Source of the DNA: Octopus sinensis
Taxonomy: Eukaryota
Direction of reading: 5' to 3'
Length of the DNA stretch: 64,000 bases
Assembly (NCBI RefSeq): GCF_006345805.1
Contig: NC_043000.1
Span: forward strand, 117,366,001-117,430,000
Made by a program: the position numbers and the translations under genes. The notes under the pieces are model-generated. The model ran no database searches. It saw only the letters and a program-made list of their open reading frames with translations, and was not told the origin of the DNA. This document shows positions 25,640 to 38,959 of the stretch, piece by piece; position 1 is the first letter of the stretch; every line of letters begins with the position of its first letter.

Positions 25640-28073
25640 GTGTGTGTGTGTGTGTGTGTGTGTGCAAGGATGACAAGTGTGTTTGTGCGTGCGTGTGTAT
25701 GTGTGTGTGTATTTTTGGTGAATAATAAGCAATGACAAAGTCAGCTGTCATAAGGCACTCCTTTATGACTACTAGCTGTTAGTATCAAGCCAGGTCAAAG
25801 CCAGGTCAAAAAACAAAGGGCTATATGTATCATGTGTGTGTGTTGTTTGTAGTGTGTGTATGTGTGCATGTGTGTGTTCGTGTGTGTATGCGTAGAGTGT
25901 GGGTGTGTGGCGAGTAACTGCTTAACCTAGTGCGTGTGTGCGTGTGTGCGTGTGTGCGTGTGTGCTTGTACGTGCGTGTGTGTGTGTAGGGATGTATGTG
26001 TGGGTTCATTTGTGTGAGAGTGTATGTATGTACGTGTATGTGTGTGCGTGTATGTGTGCATTTGTATGTGTTTGTGTGTATGTGTGCGTGCGCGCATAGG
26101 TGTATATTGTGTATGTATATCTGTCGCTGTGTATGTGAGTTTGTGTATGTTTGTATGTGTGTATATGTGTGTGAGTGTATAGTATATATATATATGTAAA
26201 TGTGTGTGCGTGTGCGTGTGTTTGTACGTGCGTGCGAGTGAATGTATGTATATATGTGTGCGTGTGTGTACAATGTAGAGGCTTATATGTGTGTTTATAT
26301 GTTTATATGTGTGTGTGTATGTATGTGTGTATGTGTGTATGTGTGTGTATGTGTATGTATGTATGTATATGTATGCGTGTGTATATGTATGTATGTGTAT
26401 GTGTGTGTATGTGTGTATGTATGCGTGTGTGTATGTATGTATGTGTATGTGTGTGTATGTGTGTATGTATGCGTGTGTGTATGTATCTATGTGTGTGTGT
26501 ATGTATGTATGTATGTGGTGTGTGTAGTGTGTGTGTATGTATGTATGTACGTACGTATGTATGTATGTGTGTGTGTATGTGTGTAAGTGTGTTATGTATG
26601 TATATATGTACGTAGTGTTGTATGTATGTAGTTTTTTGCATGCGTGTATGTGTGTATGTGGGTGTGTACATATGTATGTATATGTATGTGTGTGTATGTA
26701 TGTATGTATCTATGTATGTAGTGTATGTATGTGTTGTGTGTGTATGTATGTATATGTGCATGCGTGTATGTGTGTATGTGTGTGTGTATGGTGTAGTGTG
26801 TGTGTATGTATGTGCGTATGTATGTATGTATGTATGTATGTGTGTGTATGTATGTGTATGTGTGTGTATGTAGTATGTATGTGTGTGTATGTGTGTATGT
26901 GTGTAAGTTTGTGTGTGTGTATATGTCTGTATGTATATGTATATATATCTATATATATATATTATATCTACTATACCTATATAGATATATATATAGAATA
27001 TATAAATATATTATATATATATATATGATATCTATCTATATATATATATCTAATATATATATATATATTATATATATCGTAAATAATATGTGTCAATTAT
27101 TCAATAGTCAGATAACCGAAGAGATGGTGTTGTGGATTTCCACCTCGGCATCCGAAAGTTTTATCTTGTCTATTGAAGAATTGTCACATATTATTTTACA
27201 GATAAATTCCTCTATTTACATAATATTGAGGTCTCTTTCTGTTATCTTACCGTTTTTACCATGCTTGCATGCATGCGCGCACACATACTTACCTACATAC
27301 ATACACGCACACACACTTACACACATACATACATACACACATACACACACATACATACCTACACACATACACACATACATACATACATACACAATACATA
27401 CATACACCCATACACTCATACGTACAGACTACACCCATACATGCACACATACATACACACATACATACATACACACCCACATACACACACACACGCATAC
27501 ATACATACACACCCACATACACACGCACACGCATACATACACACACACACGCATACATACATACATTACGCCCATACCTACACACATACACACATACACA
27601 CACATACATACACAAGACATACATACATACATACATACACCCATACTCTCACACATACATACATACATACACACATACACACCCACATACACACATACAC
27701 ACCCACATACACACGCACACGCATACATACACACACGCACACGCACGCATACATACATACATTATGCCCACACAACTCCAGAGGACACCCACGGCACACA
27801 CGCATACATTCACACACACACACATACATACACACACAGACATACTACATTCATACTTTCATTCGTACATACCACATACATACACACACAAAACATACAC
27901 ATACACACACACATACATATATACACACATACATATATACACACACGCACACACATACATACACACACACACATATACACACATACATATACACACATAT
28001 ACGCACATACACATATACATACACACATGCATACACACACATGCATACACACACGCACATACGCACATGCATG

Positions 28074-28105
<32 letters not shown>

Positions 28106-29100
28106 TACACGCTTGCACACATACATACATACATACACACACACATAACGCATGCACACATACTTACACACACACACATACATACATACATAAACACACA
28201 CTTACACACATACACACATACATACATACATACACACACATGCATACATACATACATACATACGCACACATACATGCATACACGCACACACACATACGCA
28301 TATACACACACACATACTTACATACACTCATACGGACACACATACCCACAGACATACACCCAACAAACTCACACATACACAAACATGCACACACACATAC
28401 CTACATACACACTCGCATGCACGTACACACATGCATCGCGCGCGCACGCACACATACACACATGCATGCACGCACGTTTTTGGTGGCTGGCTTTATTTCG
28501 GGATCGCGTCTGCGCTTGTACGGGTGGGCCTGCGGTTTCGCACGCTCCCGCACCACTTCAGTTGCGAAGTGTGTCCTTGCGTGCATATATGTGCACGTAT
28601 GCGGGCATATGTGTGTGAGTGTGTGTGTGTGCTTGTGTGTGTGTGTGCGTATGTTTGCAAACATATAAACACACATTTGTACGCACGCGCACATACATAC
28701 ATTCACTCCCGCGCACGTACGCGCACACATTCACATATAATTACAATACACGCACACACACATACACACGTACAAACACCCACTAATTCACATACACACC
28801 AACACATATACATACACACAACATATGCCTCCATTCGCACACTCGCACACAATCATACATACGTATATATACACACACACACACACACGTACAAGCACAC
28901 ACGCACACATACACTAAGTCTAAGCACAGTTACTCGCCATCCTCTGACTTGCTAGAGTACCCCCAATCACTCCTTAATTCCCTACTGTTTGCTACCAGCC
29001 ATCATCCAACATTCCGCCACTGCTGCTAGTAGCCTCGTCCACCATACACACACATACACACACACGCACACACTCACACACACACCCTTGTCATCTCGCA
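25640..29100. repeat. Large imperfect inverted repeat: (TG/TATG)-rich left arm, (CA/TACA)-rich right arm, unique ~190-nt spacer at 27080-27270
   Basis: Mirrored non-repetitive anchors: ggcgagtaactgc/gttactcgcc, gatgacaag/cttgtcatc, cgagtgaatg/cattcactc. Confidence 0.7.
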
Positions 29101-29114
29101 CACATCTTTTACCA

Positions 29115-29389
29115 ATCAGTCTCTGACCCGCTCTTTTGTTATTAAAAAACACTTTTCCGTCCTTTTGACCACTTCCGTCCTTTTAGTATGTGACCTCGTG
29201 TAGACTACCTGCAATTTTTTTTTCCTCTGTCCTTCCCATCTCGGGATGTTTCTTTCTCCTATGTTTCCGACGAAGAGCTCCGCTCGATACGTCAAACCCT
29301 CCTCTTCCCTTCTTTCTGAGCGTCCATAATACTTTATTTGTTTCCACATCCTTGCGTTGTTGTTTTTTGTTTTCTTGTTCGGATTAACT

Positions 29390-29390
<1 letters not shown>
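29115..29390 (+). mobile_element. Penelope-like terminal repeat with degenerate minimal hammerhead (29263-29297)
   Basis: GTTT-CCGACGA-A-GAGC TCC GCTC-GATAC-GTC-AAAC. Confidence 0.65.
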
Positions 29391-29434
<44 letters not shown>

Positions 29435-29479
29435 ATATATATATAATATATTATAGATATATATATATATTATATATAC

Positions 29480-29686
29480 AGTTAATCCACAACAAGAAAC
29501 CCACAAAAAAACACAATAAAAGCGAGGACGTGGAACAAATATAGTATTATTGGACGCTCAGAGAAGAAGGAAAGAAGGAGGTTTAACGTTTCGAGCGGAG
29601 CTCTTCGTTTAGAAACATAGGAGAAGGAAAGGTCCAGAGAAGGGAAGACAGAAGGGAAAAAATCGCAAACGTACACATGCGGTCAC

Positions 29687-29692
<6 letters not shown>
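29480..29692 (-). mobile_element. Penelope-like terminal repeat, inverted partner of 29115-29390
   Basis: Same family; the hammerhead core is degenerate (CTAAACGA). Confidence 0.6.
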
Positions 29693-29725
<33 letters not shown>

Positions 29726-30302
29726 TTGGATGTGTGTTTATGTTGTCCCCTTACCAACGCTTGACAACCGGTGCTAATTTGTTTACGTCCCTGTAAGTTA
29801 GTGGTCCGGTAAAAAAAAGACAACTTCAAAGTAGCCATTACTCGTTAAACATTAGAGTAGTAATTATTTAGAATGAAATATAGAATGGTAGTGAGATTTG
29901 TCTGGAGTGCGGTAAGCAGATACCTGTCACTGAAGAAGCGCAATACGCTGAAATCTCGTGATCTTGCAGTTCCGGCGCCTTTACTAGATGGTTCTTGTCT
30001 ACCAGTGACAAATGTCTATACTCTTAGAACCGTATGTCTATATGAGAGGCTCTATCAATGCAAATACCGGTGTATTAGACCTTTATGTATACTATGAGGC
30101 AGCCTTCGACGTTTTCTATTGGAAAGGTTCTAAACCAAATATTTACTCGCGATTACTTATAGCTTTACTGCTTCGAGTTTTAATGTTCCAGTGAAGAAAT
30201 ACATACATAAATACATATATAAAGACAGATATACAGGCAGACAGACAGACAGACACGTAGATAGAGTGATAGAGAGAGAGAGAGAGAGAGAAAGAGATGT
30301 GT

Positions 30303-30354
<52 letters not shown>

Positions 30355-30373
30355 ATATATATATGTATATGTA

Positions 30374-30422
<49 letters not shown>

Positions 30423-30631
30423 GGTGTGTGAATATATATGTATATATATGTATATATTTGTGCGCATAAGTCTATGGTGCTGTGTGAATGAGTGCCTTTA
30501 CGCGCGCGCGTGTGTGTGAATCAGTAACGTGTTGTTTCCAAACCTTTCAAAAGGTTATTAAATATTATCTGACTGAACGTTCCGTGTCTATTAAATATTT
30601 CACCTGGAATTTTAGAGTCTTATACCATCTG

Positions 30632-30935
30632 ATGTGGAGGTGCAATGGCCCAGTGGTTAGGGCAGTGGACTCGCGGTCGGAGGATCGCTGTTTCAATTCC
30701 CAGACCGGGCGTTGTATGTTTATTGACCGAAAACACCTAAACGCTCCACGAGGCTCCAGCAGGAGGTGGTGGGTGGCGACCCCCGTTGTACTCTTTCGCC
30801 CCAACTTTCTCTCACTCTCTCTTCCTGTTTCTTGAGAAACGCTGCGATGGACTGGCGTCCCGTCCAGCTGGGGGGGGGGGGAAGCACATACGCCACAGAA
30901 ACCGGGAAGCCGGGCTCATGAGCCTGGCTAGGTTT
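30632..30935 (+). mobile_element. tRNA-derived SINE family C (V-domain-like)
   Basis: GGAGGTGCAATGGCCCAGTGGTTAGGGCAG head and the block CTGCGATGGACTGGCGTCCCGTCCAG. Confidence 0.8.
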
Positions 30936-31269
30936 GAAAAGGACGAAAAAGAAAAAGATACCATCTGATAGCAACTATGTGTTTCTTCTTGTTTTTACAC
31001 TGGAGTTCTATACGAGTTTATATAGCACAATGGTGATCCCTTTGCAATTATTGTTCTGCACTGGTGCTGCGATGCGCTGATATTTAATTCTTGATGGAAA
31101 ATATTCTATCTGACTATTAGAATTCCGAGGAATTTATTTGATCAAAAAAGAAGGATCTATACAATCAAACTTACATGACTTACTTTTGAAAACTTTCACA
31201 GCAGACGTACAACTTTCTCTTACAAAATTGTGGATTTATCCTATAGAATAATATTCATTATCAACAATA

Positions 31270-31630
31270 CGCGCAGGAGTGGTTGTGTGGTAAGTAGCTT
31301 GCTTATGAACCACATGGTCAATCAAAGCCATGTGAGTGGATTTGGTAGACGGAAACTGAAAGAAGCCCGTCGTATATATGTATATGTATAAATATGTGTG
31401 TGTGTATGTGTGTGTTTGTGTGTCTTCATTTGTCCCCCCCCCAACATCGCTTGACAACCGATGCTGGTGTTTTTACGTCCCGTAAGCTAGTGGTTCGGCA
31501 AAAGTGACCGATAGAATAAGTACTAGGCTTACAAGGAATAAGTCCTGGGGTCGATTTGCTCGACTAAAGGCGGTGCTCCAGCATGGACGCAGTCAAAATG
31601 ACTGAAACAAGTGGAAGAGTAGAGTATAAG
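31270..31630 (+). mobile_element. SINE family A (internal deletion)
   Basis: Head and tail match the family. Confidence 0.8.
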
Positions 31631-32938
31631 AGAATGTCTCTATTACGTACGTTTAAATAGTAACACTATCGATGTAATAGATCCACAGTAAGCTGACTAT
31701 TCATGAAACGGCATCTTTCATATTGCATTTGACCTATATGACGTAAATGAATTAAGATGTTTTAATTAGAAGATTGTATATTACAATCATCAGAGCAGTT
31801 AATCGTCATCAGCATCTTTTTAGTTCACTTTTTCTATCATTCATCAGCTTTTATTTTCCTATAAGTGTATAAAATACCATACCACTGTCAGAAACAGAAA
31901 CGTTGCCTACAAGAAAATTTTGAAATTTCGAGAAAATAGAGACAGTAGTCTTGATTGCAATAATAATCCTAAGATGCCTGTGGAAACGAGCTCAACAATT
32001 CTATCATAATTTGGAAAAGATGGCTGGAAAGCGATTTCTTCAATTTTTATTATAATGCATTTTTTTCAATGAATTCTTTTCTGTCATTCATTTTTAGATT
32101 TCACTGCAAGCCAAAGTATGACTCTAAGTAACGAGAAATCACGCAGCGTTTTCTTGTGGTGTAATACTGGGCTTTATTAGAATGTCTATCATGAGCGCCG
32201 GTTTTCAATAGAGCTTTAATAATTGGATTATTTCAAAAGAGAAAAATTGGATGATTTAAACACTATTTAACTATCCATTATAAATATATCTTCTAGCTGA
32301 AAATGTAAATCCTGAAATGCATGCATACATAACTAAAGGTAACAAAAAAGTAAGGTACAGCCAGAATTTTTACTGAAGTCACGAATTACCGAAATCATGA
32401 ATCGTATGGAATGTGCAGGAACAAGAACTATGTCTTCTGATAAAAATAGGGAAAAGAAACTTTGTGTTGTATAAATTAAACTATAATATATGAGGAGAGG
32501 GTATTGAAATTTTTAACTGAGCTGTTTTATTAATAGTTTTTATTTTGGTTCTTTTAAGTCTGTGACCATAATGTAATGTTGTAATCTATTGTTTAGTTTT
32601 ATAAGCTTAGAGAAGTTTGTTTTTGTTTTTTCGTAATTCAACGACTATTCACAGAACACTAGTTTTATGAAAAAAAATTTGAAAAAGAAATGAAAGGAAT
32701 GTTAATTACATAAAAAAGAACTTTCTAGGCGCAGGAGTGGGTGTATGATGAGGTATCATTTCATTTATTTCTACGCGTGTTGTTAAGTGTAGCTATGTTA
32801 ATTCTGTAACAAATTATCTAAATTATAGTGTAAAAGAAATACACCTGAATGCAATATGCAACCAAACAGGGTAGTGTAGGAATTAATCATATATTAAATA
32901 GCCACTTAGATAAAAAAAAAAAAAAGATAAACAAAATA

Positions 32939-33367
32939 GGTGCAGGAGTGGCTGTGAGGTAAGTAGCTTGTGTATCAACCACATGGTTCTGGGTTCAGGC
33001 CCACTGGCTGACACCTTGGTCAAGAATCTTCTACTATAGCCTCGGGTCGACCAATGCCTTGTGAGTGGATTTGATAGACGGAAACTGAAAGAAGCCCGTC
33101 GTATGTATGTATACAAATATGTGTGCGTGTGCGTGTGTGTTTGTGTGTCTGTGTTTGCCCCCTCCCCAACATCGATTGACAACCGATGCTGGTGTGTTTA
33201 CGTCCCCGTAACCTAGTGGTTCGGCAAAAGTAACCGATAGAACAAGTACTAGGCTTACAAAGAATAAGTCCTGAGGTCGATTTGCTCGACTAAAGGCGGT
33301 GCTCCAGCATGGCCGCAGTCAAATGACTGAAACAAGTAAAAGAAAAAAAGAGAGAGAGAGTAAAGAG
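32939..33367 (+). mobile_element. SINE family A
   Basis: Full-length match. Confidence 0.85.
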
Positions 33368-33382
33368 TAGTAGAAATACCTA

Positions 33383-34169
33383 GGCGAGCTGGTAGAAACG
33401 TTAGCACGCCGGGCGAAATGCGTAGCCATATTTCGTCTTCCGTTACGTTCTGAGTTCAAATTCCACCGAGGTCGATTTTGCCTTTCATCTTTTCGGGGTC
33501 GATAAATTAAGTACCAGTTACGCACTGGGGTCGATATAATCGACTTAATCCGTTTGTCTGTCCTTGTTTGTCCTCTCTGTGTTTAGCCCCTTGTGGGTAG
33601 TAAAGAAATAGGTATTTCGTCTGCCGCGTTACGTTCTGAGTTCAAATTTCGCCGAGGTCGACTTTGTCTTCATCTTTTCGGGGTCGATAAATTAAGTACC
33701 AGTTACGCGCTGGGGTCGATATAATCGACTTAATCCGTTTGTCTGTCCTTGTTTGTCCTCTCTGTGTTTAGCCCCTTGTGGGTAGTAAAGAAATAGGTAT
33801 TTCGTCTGCCGTTACGTTCTGAGTTCAAATTTCGCCGAGGTCGACTTTGTCTTTCATCTTTTCGGGGTCGATAAATTAAGTACCAGTTACGCACTGGGGT
33901 CGATATAATCGACTTAATCCGTTTGTCTGTCCTTGTTTGTCCTCTCTGTGTTTAGCCCCTTGTGGGTAGTAAAGAAATAGAAATAGGTATTTCGTCTGCC
34001 GTTACGTTCTGAGTTCAAATTCCGCCGAGGTTGACTTTGCCTTTTATCCTTCTGAGGTCGATAAATTAAGTACCAGTTATGCACTGGGGTCGATGTAATC
34101 GACTTAATTCCTTTGTCTGTCTTTGTTTGTTCCCTCTATGTTTAGCCCCTTGTGGGCAATAAAGAAATA
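33383..34169 (+). mobile_element. Tetrameric head-to-tail SINE family B array bracketed by a single TSD
   Basis: One headed copy plus three ~185-nt units starting at GTATTTCGTC. The direct repeat AGAAATACCTAGGCG lies at 33372-33386 and 34170-34184. Confidence 0.85.
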
Positions 34170-35654
34170 AGAAATACCTAGGCGCCAGACAACAAAGGCA
34201 GAAAACAAAGGCGAGCAAGTCTTTGATAATGAATCTAAATGCCATATTTATTCGGTTGGAGTAAAAAGTAGTCCATTAGAAACACCTTAAGATTTTTTGA
34301 AATTTCAGTAACTTGTTAGAATTTATGTATTCTTAATCTTAGAGAAGATTCGTAATATTTAGAAAACATAGACCTAAACGGAAAACAAAACCAGCTTTTA
34401 GTTAGGTATTGGCTTAATTCGCTCTTTAAATGTCAGGCTGTGCATAGTTTTCCACATGAGAGTAAATGCTACCGATTATTTTCCTTTTCATATTGTGCTA
34501 CAAAAAAAAAAAAAAAAACTGTACATTACTTCAAGGTTAGCGACAGCGCATAATATACAAAATGAGTGGAATGGAATGTATTGAATTGTCTTATAAAAGA
34601 CACTTCTGATGTTTAAAATGCAACAGATAATGTAGAATGATTATTCTAACCAAATGAAATATGTTTTATAGATATAAAGAGGAAGTTTGAAATGGGAATT
34701 TGTGAGGCAGAGAGAGTGGAGAGAGAACAATCAGTGGATTTTTTGCTGGTGATTGCATCTATGACAATGAATGCGGATAGCGTTCATTACCTGTGTAATA
34801 GAAGCAGTCATCTGATGCAATGTTTACTTAGTTGCAAGCGTGGTCTCTATTGAATATAATAAAAGAAGAGTATGTGAGGTGGAGGTTTAGCTTTTGTTGT
34901 TTAAAACTTTTACAAACTTATTTTCTTAAAAGAATGCTGCATTTTAGTGCTGTTGAGATAGACAGAGGGAGAGAGAGAGAGAAAGAAAGAGAGAGTGTGT
35001 GTGTGTGAGACAGAGAAAGAGAATGTGTGTATGAGAGAGAGAGAAAGAGAGTGTGTGTGAGAGAGAGAGAAAGAGAGTGTGTGGTGTGAGAGAGAGAGAG
35101 AGAGAGAGAGGCTTTTGTGATGAATAAATAGAATCATCAAAGTGGAGTGGCTGCGTGGTAGGTTGCTTGCTTACCAACCATATGGTTCTGGCTTCAGTCC
35201 CACACTACGTGACACCTTGGGCAAGTGTCTCACACAAACACACATATATAAAATTTAGATATATTACGACCAAAGATTGGTCCAGGCTATGTCTAACTTA
35301 ATAGCACAACCTGATAGGATTATCTAAATCCTGTTTAGGTCAAGTTTTGTTTATGGTCCATTCAAGTAGGGAATTCACCGGGCTTCTTTCAGTTTCTGTC
35401 TATCAAAATTATTTTCTTAAAGTATGCTTATTTTAGTGCCATTGAGATAGATAGAGGGAGAGAGAGAGAAAGAGAGAGAAAGAGAGTGTGTGTATGAGAG
35501 AGAAAAGAAAGAGAGTGTGTGTGTGTGAAAGAGAGAGAGAGAGGCAGAGAGACGGAGACAGACAGACGGCCAGAATACGTTCTTTCGTAGAGAATGATTT
35601 AAGATCACATTTTATACGTGTAGCATTAGTCTTTAGTGGTCTCTATATTGTATA

Positions 35655-35960
35655 TTGTGGAGGCGCAATGGCCCAGTGCTTACGGCAGCAGACTCGCTGT
35701 TGTAGGATCGCGGTTTCGATTCCCAGATCGGGCGTTGTGAGTGTTTATTGACCGAAAACACCTAAAGCACCAGGAGGCTCTGACAGGGGGTGGTGCCGAT
35801 CCCTGCTGTACTCTTTCGCTACAACTTTTTCTCACTCTTTCTTCTGTTGGCCTGCTCGCTTAGCCAGCGGGGTGGCGTCATTTGAAGGCTAAAACAATGC
35901 GAAGCGCATTGTGACCAGCGATGTGTAGCAACATCTGATAGCCTGGTCGGTCACGGTGAT
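35655..35960 (+). mobile_element. SINE family C
   Basis: GGAGGCGCAATGGCCCAGTG head with a TTTCGATTCCC B-box. Confidence 0.8.
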
Positions 35961-37224
35961 CACGGTGATATTGTATATTAAAAAATAGAATTGAATGGTT
36001 ACATCATTGTGTAGTAGTGAAAATGGTTGGAAATGAGAGAGAGAAAGAAAATGAGAAACGTACAGAAGGAACACTAAATAAATTAGAAAACTCTGAGACT
36101 TTTCTTTAGAATTGTAAAATTCACAGGATTTGTTGGTGGCGAACACTAAGAAAATTTCAATTTAACTTCGAATTTGCTGCGAACGTACTATCAGTGTAGA
36201 ACGCATACGTTCTTCCACTGTTTCCACGGGGAGCCCTCGAATCTCTCAGCCTTTTGAAGAATTATTTCTTGTTTGATTTTTTTGTTTCTTTGTTATTTTA
36301 CAGTTTGTTTTTATATAAGCCCCTCATTGTATCATATAGCGCTACCTCTACTAAAAGTTAGAGAGCAAATGCCCCATTCCAGTCCGATGTGAATTAAGCA
36401 AAGCAATGCGTTCAGGCAGTAACGGATGACATAAGCGATCATCACCTCTGCCCGAACTTTCCTGCTCGTCATCACGTCCCGGTTGTTATCCAACTGAAAA
36501 GCAAACTGAACCCCAAACTGAACTCCTATAACCAGAACCTTGCTTTTAAAACCTATCCAGATCTTCTGCACAAACCTCAAATTTATGGTCTGTGTAGGCT
36601 ACAACATTACACTTTAGACAACCTATGTTATCTCTCTCCCTTTTTTTTTTCTCTTTCTCTTAACCTACATATTACACGATCCATATACAACCTGGAGGAC
36701 CCGATGCGGTTTGTCTGTGCCCACAGTGGCACACAGTAAGGAATTCCAGTCGGTCCCTGTCAGATAATGAGCTTCCTCGAATGGTTCTTATTGACAGTTT
36801 CCTTTCTGACTAGACAGAAAAAAATTCTTTGTATTGCTATACTTAAGGAAAAATGTCATTAACGTAATTGAATCGCCATACTCACATGGTGATTATTTCG
36901 CACTCACAAAAGATTGTTTTCTTTGAAGTCTGATCTAGACAAAACGAGTAGTCCTTTTCTATTTCTATCGGAATTTAGTATTTGATAAATACGCTTTGAT
37001 AGATTTTCTACGTCAACATTGCTCTGCAATTATACAAGAATTCGTCTCTTATGATTCTACAGCTGATTTTCAGGATCACAACTGATTATCTGCTTTCACT
37101 AAGTAAAAGAACGTATGTGCATTTACGGATTATCTCATTATTTTCTCTAATCAAAAGAAACCTTGTGTATGTTATAATGTAAAAATAAAAGAAGAGTAAG
37201 TATTCATCTATTCTTTTATTTTTT

Positions 37225-37411
37225 TATTCTTTTACTTGTTTCAGTCATTTGACTCTGGCCATGCTGGAGCACCACCTTTAGTCGAACAACTCGACCCCAG
37301 GACTTATTCTTTGTAAACCTAGTACTTATTCTATCGGTCTCTTTTGCCGAACCGCTAAGTTACGGGGACGTAAACATACCAGCATCGGTTGTCAAGCGAT
37401 GTTGGGGGCGA

Positions 37412-37451
<40 letters not shown>

Positions 37452-37629
37452 CACATACATATATACGACGGGCTTCTTTCAGTTTCCGTCTACCAAATTC
37501 ACTCAGAAGGCTTTGGTAAGCCCGAAGCTATAGTAGAAGACACTTGCCCAAGGTACCACACAGTGGGACTGAACCCTGAACCACGTGGTTGGTAAGCAAG
37601 CTACTTACCACACAGCCACTCCTGCGCCT
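37225..37629 (-). mobile_element. SINE family A
   Basis: Reverse-complement full-length match. Confidence 0.85.
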
Positions 37630-38154
37630 ACATCTGTGTCAATATTAATTGCATTTTTCTGACTTTGTACCAAATTAGAAACCTATATTAATTGTATTTT
37701 TTATACAAAATCAAAGATACGGCGGTTGCGAACTTCTACTTGATCGGAGAACATTGCTCTAGTCAGAACTTTAATACTCCCAGACATGGTTTAACCAAAA
37801 ATTAATGTAGTAATAAATTAAAACACCGCTTTAGTTACTTAAAATTTTGTTGTTATCAGCGTCAACACGCACGGTCGGAACTTGAGTTTACTCTGTAGAG
37901 ACAGCATGAACCGCTGCACACACACACACACATTTTTATGAGTTAACTTTTCTTTGCAACACTTTGCTTTTCATCTTCAGAATTTATTATCGGAGTTCGA
38001 AAATTCTCTTCTCTCCTTTACGTTTTCCCTCCTTACTGTTCTTTCTTCTTCTTCCTCTTCTTCTTCTTCTTCTTCTAGGGTTAAGCATAACTCGTCCCGT
38101 CAACTTTATTTATAAATTTGCCTTTAGGTTTGAATTGCCAATGGGCTACAAATA

Positions 38155-38503
<349 letters not shown>

Positions 38504-38892
38504 AATTCAAATTTTACACATGCCTTACTTAGGCCATGTAGTTTCATGGGCAAAAAAAATGTTCAACCTATTGCCTAGAGCGAGCCCATAGCAATATCAT
38601 ATCTTCTCCACTATTTCAGTATTACGTGTTAAAAGTGAAACAAAAACGTTTCTCTATTTTATGTCAGATACTTTCACTTTAACAATAAAAATAATAATAA
38701 CAATTGAATTATATGTAGTAAGTAATAATTAAAATCAAACTAACGTAACATGACAAAAGTAAAAATAGCAATTGGTATAAAATTGCATCAGTGATTTGAA
38801 CTTGAATAAGTGGTTTCACATGAATGGGAATAAATTAAAAATAAGATTAGCATGCAGAAATGGAATAGTCCAGATGGATAATAAAAAATTAA

Positions 38893-38958
38893 ATTAAAGA
38901 AAAGACTATTGTCTATAAAGTATACAATGTATAGGAAAAAGAAGATTTGAACAGATGG
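38893..38958 (+). pseudogene. 5' piece of an old ORF1 remnant (continues at 45907-46200)
   Basis: KEKTIVYKVYNV..KKI(E)QM joins to EESTFEKCLG after removing the two inserted elements. Confidence 0.55.
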
Positions 38959-38959
38959 C

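Noticed and set aside
26800-28668. 622-aa and other long His/Thr/Tyr- or Val/Cys/Met-rich ORFs
   Set aside because: Translations of (CA/TACA)n and (TG/TATG)n microsatellites, which lack stop codons; not genes.
30636-30710. tRNA gene-like sequence (also at 35658, 58563, 59492)
   Set aside because: A and B boxes are present but the cloverleaf is incomplete and continues into a shared SINE body. These are SINE heads, not tRNA genes.
33383-34169. CRISPR-like regular array
   Set aside because: The units are whole SINE bodies without unique spacers, in a eukaryotic context.
36330-36660. Possible Tc1/mariner remnant (DDEQESSGR on the minus strand)
   Set aside because: Only a few residues of similarity and no paired TIR found.
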